Part shown: positions 57,052 through 64,000 of the stretch, piece by piece
How positions within the stretch are numbered: position 1 is the stretch's first letter
Layout: every line of letters begins with the position of its first letter
Source: an uncultured Lachnospiraceae bacterium
Lineage (GTDB): Bacteria; Bacillota; Clostridia; Christensenellales; UBA1242
Reading direction: 5' to 3'
Length of the DNA: 64,000 bases
Assembly: GCA_964521165.1 (NCBI GenBank)
Contig: CAZFRA010000003.1
Span: forward strand, 10,076-74,075
Program-made: the position numbers and the translations under genes
Notes under the pieces: generated by a model
Told to the model about the DNA's origin: nothing
Seen by the model: only the letters and a program-made list of their open reading frames with translations
The model's database searches: none

Positions 57052-58047
57052 ATGGCAGAAATAGAGAGTGAAAAATATCCTATATCAATTAAAGTTGATG
57101 ATGGTTATACATTTCGTGACCCAGATGGGAAAGTATGGCCAAGGAAATTTAAAGATGTTTACGATTTTAGCGAAGGTTTGGCGGTTGTTGAATTAGATGA
57201 TGGTAAGTATACCTTTGTTGATAAAAATCACGAACTTTGGTCAGAAAGATTTAAATATGTTGCCTCTTTTCAAGAAGGTTTGGCGGTAGTTATATTAGAT
57301 GATGGATATACCTTTGTTGATAAAAATCACAAACTTTGGTCGGAAAGATTTAGATGGGTTGACTCTTTTTACGAAGGTTTGGCGGTAGTTAAATTAGATA
57401 ATGGTAAGTGGACTTTTGTTAATAAAGACCACAAACTTTGGTCAGAAAGCTTTAAAAGTATTTTGTTCGGTTTTCGAGAAGGTTTGGCGGTAGTTGAATT
57501 AGATAATGGTAGGTGTACCTTTGTTGATAAAAATCACGAACTTTGGCCAGAAAGATTTGCATATGCTTGCTCTTTTCAAGAAGGTTTGGCGGTAGTTTTA
57601 TATAATGGTAAGTATACCTTTGTTGATAAAAATCACAAACTTTGGACAGAAAGATTTGCATATGCTTGCTCTTTTCACAAAGGCTTGGCGGTAGTTAAGT
57701 TAGATGATGGTAGCGAAAAATTTGTTAATAGATATCGTCAAATATTTGATACAGAAGAATTAGGAAGAAAATGTGGAACTCTTATTGAAAAACCAGAAAG
57801 TATTTTGGAATGGAAAACAGAAGATTTTAAAGATGAAGAGTTTATAAAAAAATGTGTTGAAACAATTAAAGGTAGTTTAATTGAAAAGATTGAACAAAAA
57901 GACGAAGTCGATGATGATTATGTTAAATATTGCCAAGAACTTTTGACTGGTGTTAAAGATAAAATTGAAGCAGAAAAAGAAAAAATTGTACAAGAAGAAA
58001 AGAATAGACAAGAAACGCTTAAATTAATCAAAGATTTTAATCTGTAA
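57052..58047 (+). CDS. WG-repeat-containing protein with a C-terminal Glu/Lys-rich helical region
   Basis: Six to seven tandem units of 33-35 aa, D[DN]GKYTFVDKNHELWSERF.Y...F.EGLAVV, match the WG-containing beta-repeat pattern (...F.eGLA.V). AAGGAG SD present. Confidence 0.75.
   Translation: MAEIESEKYPISIKVDDGYTFRDPDGKVWPRKFKDVYDFSEGLAVVELDDGKYTFVDKNHELWSERFKYVASFQEGLAVVILDDGYTFVDKNHKLWSERFRWVDSFYEGLAVVKLDNGKWTFVNKDHKLWSESFKSILFGFREGLAVVELDNGRCTFVDKNHELWPERFAYACSFQEGLAVVLYNGKYTFVDKNHKLWTERFAYACSFHKGLAVVKLDDGSEKFVNRYRQIFDTEELGRKCGTLIEKPESILEWKTEDFKDEEFIKKCVETIKGSLIEKIEQKDEVDDDYVKYCQELLTGVKDKIEAEKEKIVQEEKNRQETLKLIKDFNL
57100..57720 (+). repeat. Tandem ~100-bp coding repeats inside the WG-repeat gene
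   Basis: ACCTTTGTTGATAAAAATCAC[G/A]AACTTTGG recurs near 57211, 57310, 57517 and 57616. GAAGGTTTGGCGGT[AT]GTT recurs about every 100 bp. Confidence 0.85.
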
Positions 58048-58180
58048 GGAGCAGAGTATGAAGAAAGAAGAATTTTTGAAAATGATTAACGAAAAAGTTG
58101 AGGAGATATTAAAAGTTTTGAAAAACGACTAACTTTTGGATATAGTTTATAAAAACTTTTAAGCCAAAAAAAGTTTATTG

Positions 58181-58208
58181 GTTTAAAATTAAAGTTTAAG
58201 AAGTGGAC
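58181..58208. repeat. Right flank element of the WG-repeat cassette: TTTAAAATTAAAGTTTAA-GA-AGTGGACA
   Basis: See the left element. The 18-mer is in the same orientation, and the 8-mer is inverted and sits on the outer side in both cases. Confidence 0.8.
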
Positions 58209-58238
58209 AGTTAATATGTTTTTGGAATGTGAAGAAAA

Positions 58239-58266
58239 AAGATGGTTTAATATTGCCATCTTTTTT
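58239..58266 (+). terminator. Probable terminator downstream of the WG-repeat gene
   Basis: AGATGG (58239-58244) pairs with CCATCT (58255-58260), followed by T6. The loop is about 10 nt. Confidence 0.45.
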
Positions 58267-58376
58267 ATTGTATCAAACAGTGTTTATCATTCTTCATCAA
58301 AGCCAAACAATGATTGTTTTTTTAATAGAATTAAACAACTCAAAAATTTAAAAATTTTTAAAACATAATTTTTTGG

Positions 58377-58682
58377 TTATTTGCATTTTAAAATTGTTAA
58401 TATCGCGTTTTTCTTATCTTCACTTGCGAAGTTTAATAGATTTATGATTTCTATATCCTTTTTATATTCTAGCATATTTTTATAAAAAAACTCTTCTGTG
58501 GTCGAACCGCAAACTTCAATTATGCTCAACAAAACTTCCATACTTGGCAAAAAGTCTTTTTTGCTTTCAAGACGGCTGATGTATCCATCATTTAGACCAA
58601 TCTTTTGAGATAATGCTCTTGCAGATAAATTCGCTCTCGTTCGCAGTTGTCCAATACGATTTATGATTTCAAACCTATCCAT
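58377..58682 (-). CDS. XRE-family helix-turn-helix transcriptional regulator
   Basis: IGQLRTRANLSARALSQKIGLNDGYISRLESKKDFLPSMEVLLSIIEVCG is the HTH_3/Cro-C1 pattern (LS...LA...G.s...is..E.g...p....l..i). AAGGAG SD present. Confidence 0.85.
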   Translation of the reverse strand: MDRFEIINRIGQLRTRANLSARALSQKIGLNDGYISRLESKKDFLPSMEVLLSIIEVCGSTTEEFFYKNMLEYKKDIEIINLLNFASEDKKNAILTILKCK

Positions 58683-58735
58683 TTACACTCCTTAATTTCT
58701 TACATTAATTATAATGTTTAATTTCAATAAACTAT

Positions 58736-58826
58736 TCGCAAACAACTTATAAAAAATTCAAAATTTCAAACATTATGTCGCAATGTTTGCGATTTTATTG
58801 ACTTTTTTCGCAATATACGTTATAAT
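58736..58826 (+). promoter_or_regulatory. Divergent control region with four TCGCAA half-sites (one perfect palindrome) overlapping a consensus-like promoter
   Basis: TCGCAA lies at 58736-58741, 58778-58783 and 58808-58813, with the inverted TTGCGA at 58787-58792 (palindrome TCGCAA-TGT-TTGCGA). The promoter is TTGACT 58798-58803, a 17-nt spacer, and TATAAT 58821-58826. Confidence 0.5.
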
Positions 58827-58859
58827 TATTGTGATTTTAAAATGTAAAGGGAGAGAAAA

Positions 58860-59417
58860 ATGGTTTATAATAGAACAAAAAGAGCGTTGGAACTTACCGC
58901 CGGAATTTTTGGTGTTGTTGTTGCGTGCGGAACGTTAATTACTGGATTATATTTATTTATTACTTTCATTTTTGTTGCAATAGCATTGACTGCTGCAGGC
59001 TCATACGCGTCAGCAATTATAGCAATTATTTTTTCATTTTTGTGGTTTGTTGTTTCAATCTGTGCTATTATTTTCAACGCAATGATTATCAAGAGTCCAG
59101 TAAGACCGGAAGGTGTTTTAAGAACGACAAAAATAAGAGTTATGGTTATCATCTTTTCAGTTTTAAGTTTGAATTTTGTGACTTTTGGTTTGGAAATTGC
59201 AGTTATGTGTTTAAAAGATTTTGAAGAGCCTAGTCGAGAAAATAAAATGTCAAATATCTATGTTCAAATGCCGGCGCAAACACAAGAAACCGCAGCGCAA
59301 CCAAAACGCTCCAGCCTTGAAGAAAATGTTGCTGAACTCAAACACTTGAAAGAATTAGGTGTGATTGATGAAGAAGCATATAACAAAGCGGTTACAAAAC
59401 TGATTGAAAAATTATAA
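58860..59417 (+). CDS. Membrane protein (4 TM) with a C-terminal SHOCT domain
   Basis: Four hydrophobic helices are followed by SLEENVAELKHLKELGVIDEEAYNKAVTKLIEKL, the SHOCT short C-terminal oligomerisation motif. Confidence 0.65.
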   Translation: MVYNRTKRALELTAGIFGVVVACGTLITGLYLFITFIFVAIALTAAGSYASAIIAIIFSFLWFVVSICAIIFNAMIIKSPVRPEGVLRTTKIRVMVIIFSVLSLNFVTFGLEIAVMCLKDFEEPSRENKMSNIYVQMPAQTQETAAQPKRSSLEENVAELKHLKELGVIDEEAYNKAVTKLIEKL

Positions 59418-59428
59418 AGGTAAGAGTT

Positions 59429-60025
59429 ATGGTAGAGAAAGACAATCTTATCTATAATCCATATAGAAAAAGACGCGATTTGGCGGCAACGATATTGAGT
59501 TTTTGTTTTGCAATTTTTTGTTGTATAAATACTTTATCAATTTTATTTAATTTATCTGGTGGTATTATAATAGGAATTTTTGTATTTGTGTTTTGTTTAG
59601 TCAATATTATAGCATTAGTTGCTGCTGATCAAGAGAAAAGATGGATAGGTTTTAGAATTTTTTATATTGTGGTATGCTTTTTGACTTTCCAATTTATTTC
59701 TTTTGCACTTGAAATCAGCGTGATTTGTGCAAAAGATTATATCACGCGTGAAGAATATATCAACAAAAAATATATCGCATACTATGGCGATTATTGCAAA
59801 ACAACGAAAACGAACGGCGATAGTTTTAATAAACCTTTGAATTATAATTCGGAAAACTCTTCTTATATGAACACAAATATACTGATAGAAGAAAAGGTAA
59901 AAGGGGAATTCTTACAAAAAGAAGAGATTGAAGATAAAACTGCCGAGATTGTAGACAATAAACAAGAGTTGTCAATAGAAAATGGAACAGAAAATAACTC
60001 GGAAGAGTCACCAGAAGCGGAGTGA
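59429..60025 (+). CDS. Membrane protein, paralog of the preceding gene, with an acidic C-terminal tail instead of SHOCT
   Basis: The topology is the same and the 4th-helix motif is shared (FGLEIAVMCLKDF versus FALEISVICAKDY). The tail is Glu/Asn-rich. Confidence 0.55.
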   Translation: MVEKDNLIYNPYRKRRDLAATILSFCFAIFCCINTLSILFNLSGGIIIGIFVFVFCLVNIIALVAADQEKRWIGFRIFYIVVCFLTFQFISFALEISVICAKDYITREEYINKKYIAYYGDYCKTTKTNGDSFNKPLNYNSENSSYMNTNILIEEKVKGEFLQKEEIEDKTAEIVDNKQELSIENGTENNSEESPEAE

Positions 60026-60484
60026 TATTATTGACAAAATCACACTAAATAAGATACTTTTACTAAACTTAATCTTTTAAAATATTGTAAGATAAATTTT
60101 GTTTTTCATTATAAAAAAGAAAAGTTTTTGTTATGGGCATCAGTATTATGAAAATAATATTAAAACACATAAATAACAAACAACGTCATACAAATCTTCT
60201 TTGCGAATGGAGTAAATGATAAAATTGGAAAGGTAAATTCCAAAAAGAAAGAAAAAACAAAAAGATTTTAAGATGTTAGTTGTTTTCACAAGTTGTTACA
60301 AAAAACACTACTTTAGTTAATTTTAGGAAGAATTAAAGCGAAAGTTGAGAAATTTACTTTTTCAATTTTTTATCTATTCCGACACCAAATATTTTTTAAA
60401 AATCATATACAGATTTAAATAGAAATATGTTATAATTCTTATAAGGAGTGGGAATTAATATCATTAAAATTTAAGGAGATGGGA

Positions 60485-60934
60485 ATGAAAACATTTTTTA
60501 TGTTGCATGGCAGTTTTGGTGTATGGTCAAAATCTTCTGGTTTTGACAGCGACATGCAAAATATGCTTAATGGGCCTACATCTACCCTTTTCAAAAATCA
60601 CACATTAAATTTGAAACCAATATATTTTGACCTTATCAAAAGCGGAGAAAAAGTTTTGGAAGGTCGTTTAAATGATGAAAAAAGAAAACTTTTTGATGTT
60701 GGAGATGGAATAACTTTTTATAAAGAATCGGAAAGAAAAGAAAGTTTGCAAGCAATCATTCTTCACAAATATTTTTTTAAAAACTTTGAAGAAATGGCAA
60801 ACAATCTTAATAAAAAAGATTTAGGCTTTGACAAATATACTAAAGAAGAGATGGTGAAAACTTACAGAATGTTTTATAATCAACAAGATGAAAATAAATA
60901 TGGTGTTGTCGTTTTCAAAATCAAACTTTTGTAA
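60485..60934 (+). CDS. ASCH domain-containing protein (PUA-like fold)
   Basis: LNLKPIYFDLIKSGEKVLEGRLNDEKRKLFDVGDGITF fits the ASCH N-terminal pattern. The second ATG (60485) has better spacing from the AAGGAG at 60473-60478 than the track's 60479. The first ~35 aa of the N-terminal extension are not typical of the family. Confidence 0.6.
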   Translation: MKTFFMLHGSFGVWSKSSGFDSDMQNMLNGPTSTLFKNHTLNLKPIYFDLIKSGEKVLEGRLNDEKRKLFDVGDGITFYKESERKESLQAIILHKYFFKNFEEMANNLNKKDLGFDKYTKEEMVKTYRMFYNQQDENKYGVVVFKIKLL

Positions 60935-61063
60935 CTTATTCCTGATAACTATAGATAAGTCACGCTGCAATGCAAAAATTAAGAGTGCTAGTTTGAGAGA
61001 ATAAATGAGAATCATAAAACAATCTTTTTATCATGTTTATAAAATTGAGTTGATAAGGGGGGT

Positions 61064-61621
61064 ATGTTTAGTCTGTTGGATGAATTGAAAAAATATAAAC
61101 CTTTTGACGAAAGAGAAAAAGAAGATTTAAACAAAACCTTGCATTTTCTTGAAAATAACACAAATTGTTATGATAGGTCAAACAAGATTGGACATATAAC
61201 TGCTGGCGCTTTTGTTTGTGATGGAAGTGGTAATATTTTACTTAATCATCACAAAAAATCTGGGATGTGGTTTCAATTTGGTGGACATAGTGACGGCGAA
61301 GAAAATAGTCTAAATGTTGCCAGAAGAGAAGTTATGGAAGAAGCAGGTATAACTGACTTTATGTTAGGCAAGGATTCGATTTTTGATGTTGCTGTTATGA
61401 AAATTCCATATAGCGCAAAGAAAAATGAACCTGAACATTGGCATTATGATATAAATTTCCTTTTTATTGTTGACAACCACAATTGCGAAATATCTAACGA
61501 GTCAGTTGAAATTAAATGGGTCACTATCAATGAAGCGTTTTCGTTTGTTGATAAAAGAGATGCTGGAATGATTAGAATGATTGAAAAATACAAAAAATTT
61601 TTAAATGGGCGACAGAAATAA
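61064..61621 (+). CDS. NUDIX hydrolase
   Basis: The Nudix box is GGHSDGEENSLNVARREVMEEAGI (G.5E.7REV.EE.GI). Confidence 0.85.
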   Translation: MFSLLDELKKYKPFDEREKEDLNKTLHFLENNTNCYDRSNKIGHITAGAFVCDGSGNILLNHHKKSGMWFQFGGHSDGEENSLNVARREVMEEAGITDFMLGKDSIFDVAVMKIPYSAKKNEPEHWHYDINFLFIVDNHNCEISNESVEIKWVTINEAFSFVDKRDAGMIRMIEKYKKFLNGRQK

Positions 61622-61685
61622 TTTTAATAACTGAATGTAAAAGTTATAATTCTTATTTTTTAGTAAAACACTTTATAAATCGCTT

Positions 61686-62015
61686 TCAATAGAGTTCTTT
61701 CTTTTGAATTTTGTTATGTATCAGCCTGAAAGCCAATCTGTTTTCTTTCTCGTATACCATTGGCACGCCCAAAAGTTCATTGCAATAAGGGCATTTTAAT
61801 CCTTGCATTTCATTTTTATGTTTTACTTGTTTTAATTTTTCAACTAAATCTTTTGGTGCCACAAATTTATCCAAATACATACGAACCAACTTACCCGGAC
61901 CATCTTTTTGATATACAAAAACTTCTTTTTGACATTTAACGCAGGTGATTGTGATGAGTTTTGCACTGCCACCTCTGGTTTTTGTATATCTATCTTTAAC
62001 TATTTCATATTTCAT
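61686..62015 (-). CDS. Hypothetical zinc-ribbon protein
   Basis: A 109-aa ORF with a GGAGA SD and two CxxC pairs, CVKCQ and CPYCN, about 55 residues apart. I recognise no family. Confidence 0.5.
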   Translation of the reverse strand: MKYEIVKDRYTKTRGGSAKLITITCVKCQKEVFVYQKDGPGKLVRMYLDKFVAPKDLVEKLKQVKHKNEMQGLKCPYCNELLGVPMVYEKENRLAFRLIHNKIQKKELY

Positions 62016-62168
62016 TTTCTATTTCTCCAAATCTGTATAATTTTACCACACCTTGTTATTTTTATCAAATTCTGTATTGATTTTTAAGATGAAAATTTTA
62101 TCAATCCATTGACATTACATAAATATTTTGTTATATAAAATATAATCTACAAACCAAGGAGTTTTTAA

Positions 62169-63806
62169 ATGCTTGTTTTAAATGTAGACAAAATTTCTAA
62201 AAATTTCGGTTATGGGCATCTTTTTGATAACCTATCTTTTTCATTGAATGAAGGGGAGTCGATTTCTATTGTAGGTCCAAACGGTTGTGGAAAATCTACT
62301 CTTCTCAAAATGATTGCTGGTCTTGAAAAAGTTGATTCTGGGAATATAAATATTAAAAAAGGAGCAAATATTGCATATCTTGACCAGACCGGTTCCAGCA
62401 TAAAAGATGATAGAACAGTATATCAAATTCTTCGCAGTAGTTTTGAAAAATTGAACGAAATGGAAAAACGAATTTCATTTTTACAAGAAAAGATGACTGA
62501 AAATTTACCAGAAGAAGAATATAATCAAGTAATGGAAAAATATTGCGACTTGTTGGAGAAGTTTTCTTTTGCTGGCGGATATGATATTGATGTCAACATA
62601 GACACTGTTGTTGAAGGTTTGAAAATAGATAAAAATTTGTTAAATCAAAGATATGACGATTTGAGTGGCGGAGAAAAAACATTGGTTCAACTTGCAAAAG
62701 CATTGCTTATAAAACCCGACCTTTTCTTGCTTGATGAACCAACTAATCATTTGGATATAAACAGAATTGAATGGCTTGAGAACTACATTAAATCTTTTAA
62801 AGGAGCAACAGTAATCGTCTCTCACGATAGATACTTCCTTGACAGAATGTCCAACAAAATTCTTGCACTTGACAACGGAATTGCAAAAGTATACAACACA
62901 AATTATTCTGGCTATATTCAAGAAAGAGAACGTGATTTTGAAAAACAAATGGCAGACTATAAAAATCAACAACTTGCGATGAAACGCCTTGAAGAACAAA
63001 TAAAATATTTTTCAGAAAGAGGTATGGCAACAAACAGTTCGACTTTATGCGACAGAGCCCACGCATTGCAAACACAACTTGAAAGAATGAAAAGAAATGC
63101 GGTTGCAAAACCAAAAGAACAAAAGAAGTTGAACCTTGGTTTTGACGAAGAGAGAAAAACAAGCAAAAGAATTATTGTTGCAGAAAACTTAACAGTCATA
63201 ATTCCAGACGTCAAAACTATTTTAAGTGATATAAATCTCAACATCTGTGCTGGCGAAAGAGTTGCGTTAATTGGAAATAATGGCAGTGGGAAATCCACTT
63301 TTGTTAAAACAATAATGGGAACACAAGATTTGCCAACAAGTGGATCAATGTATGTGGGGCCAAGTGTCAAAATTGGATATTTACCACAAATTATTGAATT
63401 TACAAACGGTGAAATGCAACTATTGGACTATTTTAAAAATGAAGTTGGACTGCCTGAACAAAAAGCAAGACAAATCTTGGCAGGATTCCAATTTTATAAA
63501 GAAGATGTTAACAAAAAAATTAAAAATCTTTCGGGTGGCGAAAAAATTCGAATAAAACTTGCCGAACTATTGCAACAAAAAATCAACACGTTGATTTTTG
63601 ACGAACCAACCAATCATATTGACATACCAACAAAAGAAGTTCTTGAAGATGCAATTGAAAGTTTTGACGGAACATTGATTTTTATCAGCCATGATAGATA
63701 TTTTATTAACAAATTTGCTGATAAAACAATTGAATTCGAAAATGGTCATGTGCATTCATATTTAGGTGGTTATGACGATTATAAGCTAGAAAAATTAAAA
63801 AAATAA
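62169..63806 (+). CDS. ABC-F family ATPase (two ABC domains, no TM domain)
   Basis: Walker A occurs twice (GPNGCGKST and GNNGSGKST), as do the signature (LSGGEK) and Walker B (LLDEPTNHLD and IFDEPTNHID). A charged helical linker of about 80 aa joins the domains. The protein is 545 aa. Confidence 0.9.
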   Translation: MLVLNVDKISKNFGYGHLFDNLSFSLNEGESISIVGPNGCGKSTLLKMIAGLEKVDSGNINIKKGANIAYLDQTGSSIKDDRTVYQILRSSFEKLNEMEKRISFLQEKMTENLPEEEYNQVMEKYCDLLEKFSFAGGYDIDVNIDTVVEGLKIDKNLLNQRYDDLSGGEKTLVQLAKALLIKPDLFLLDEPTNHLDINRIEWLENYIKSFKGATVIVSHDRYFLDRMSNKILALDNGIAKVYNTNYSGYIQERERDFEKQMADYKNQQLAMKRLEEQIKYFSERGMATNSSTLCDRAHALQTQLERMKRNAVAKPKEQKKLNLGFDEERKTSKRIIVAENLTVIIPDVKTILSDINLNICAGERVALIGNNGSGKSTFVKTIMGTQDLPTSGSMYVGPSVKIGYLPQIIEFTNGEMQLLDYFKNEVGLPEQKARQILAGFQFYKEDVNKKIKNLSGGEKIRIKLAELLQQKINTLIFDEPTNHIDIPTKEVLEDAIESFDGTLIFISHDRYFINKFADKTIEFENGHVHSYLGGYDDYKLEKLKK

Positions 63807-63922
63807 GCCAAAAATCATACTAAGTTTGTAGTAAGTTATTAAATATTTTATTTAGTTTTTATCATTAACTTTCTAATTAATTGTTTTTTAAAGTTTGAAT
63901 TTTTGTTCAGAATAAAGTATAT

Positions 63923-63953
63923 AAAAAATCGCAAAATAACTTTGCGATTCTTT
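63923..63953. terminator. Hairpin terminator shared by the ABC-F gene (+) and the tRNA (-)
   Basis: An 8-bp stem, ATCGCAAA (63928-63935) with TTTGCGAT (63941-63948). On the minus strand it is followed by T6, directly downstream of the tRNA 3' end. Confidence 0.65.
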
Positions 63954-64000
63954 TGGTGCGTCTGCCGGGACTCGAACCCAGAATAACGGTTCCGTAGAAA
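63954..64000 (-). tRNA. tRNA, 3' portion only (class II with a long variable arm; probably tRNA-Leu, with Tyr not excluded); continues beyond the window
   Basis: The reverse complement reads ...CTACGGAACCGTTATT-CTGGG-TTCGAGT-CCCGG-CAGACGC-A-CCA. That gives a T-arm with a TTCGAGT loop, a 7-nt acceptor strand, discriminator A and an encoded CCA. An extra stem (ACGG/CCGT) before the T-arm indicates a long variable arm. Confidence 0.75.

Noticed and set aside
57100-57720. Regular ~100-bp repeats that might be mistaken for a CRISPR array or a non-coding tandem array.
   Set aside because: The units are contiguous with no unique spacers, are in frame, and translate to WG-type beta-repeat units within one ORF. 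No cas genes are present.
58059-58133. A small ORF with a good AAGGAG SD immediately after the WG-repeat gene (MKKEEFLK...).
   Set aside because: A careful reading shows ttg-aaa-TGA, so the frame stops after 8 codons. The downstream in-frame ATG gives only 16 aa and has no SD.
56938-58208. The flanking-repeat structure considered as an insertion sequence or MITE.
   Set aside because: There is no transposase and no long terminal inverted repeats. The enclosed gene is an ordinary repeat protein with its own promoter. It is kept as a finding only as a possible att-like or regulatory repeat pair.

Overview
This is AT-rich bacterial DNA with the look of a low-GC Bacillota or wall-less Mycoplasmatota relative. 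The standard genetic code is in use: every Trp in a 34.5-kb ORF is TGG, there is no in-frame TGA, and AGGAGG-type Shine-Dalgarno sites precede most genes. All calls were made by eye from the sequence and the ORF track, and regulatory coordinates are approximate.

**Layout**
- 1-6.1 kb holds the tail of an ABC ATPase, then the conserved rpmH-rnpA-yidD-yidC block. A cytidylate-kinase-like gene and deoD interrupt it before jag/khpB. A convergent ZIP metal transporter follows.
- 6.47-41.0 kb is ONE uninterrupted ORF of 11,508 codons, over half the window. It encodes a giant modular surface protein built from about 60 Listeria-Bacteroides/InlB B-repeat units, about 20 MucBP-like units and divergent B-repeat units. 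It has an N-terminal signal/anchor, a single non-repeat lectin-like insert and a C-terminal TM anchor without LPXTG. It also contains several near-perfect, in-frame intragenic DNA duplications.
- 41.2-43.0 kb holds a DapB-N/amine-dehydrogenase-like oxidoreductase with a Cys/His tail, and tmk.
- 43.1-54.7 kb clusters lipid and glycerol genes: YhhN lysoplasmalogenase-like, lysophospholipase-like hydrolase, glpK, a GlpA-like/FAD-oxidoreductase/DUF1667 trio, DegV, and three YwaF/TMEM164-like paralogs. I read this as a candidate (ether-)lipid salvage and remodelling island.
- 54.8-62 kb is an accessory-looking stretch. It holds DUF2188, an unknown, an apparently leaderless dinB, a WG-repeat gene bracketed by an 18-bp direct repeat plus an inverted 8-mer, and an XRE regulator with candidate operators facing two paralogous membrane proteins (one with a SHOCT tail). 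ASCH, NUDIX and a zinc-ribbon protein complete it.
- 62.2-64.0 kb holds an ABC-F ATPase and the 3' part of a class-II tRNA at the window edge.

I saw no rRNA, CRISPR array, transposase or integrase.
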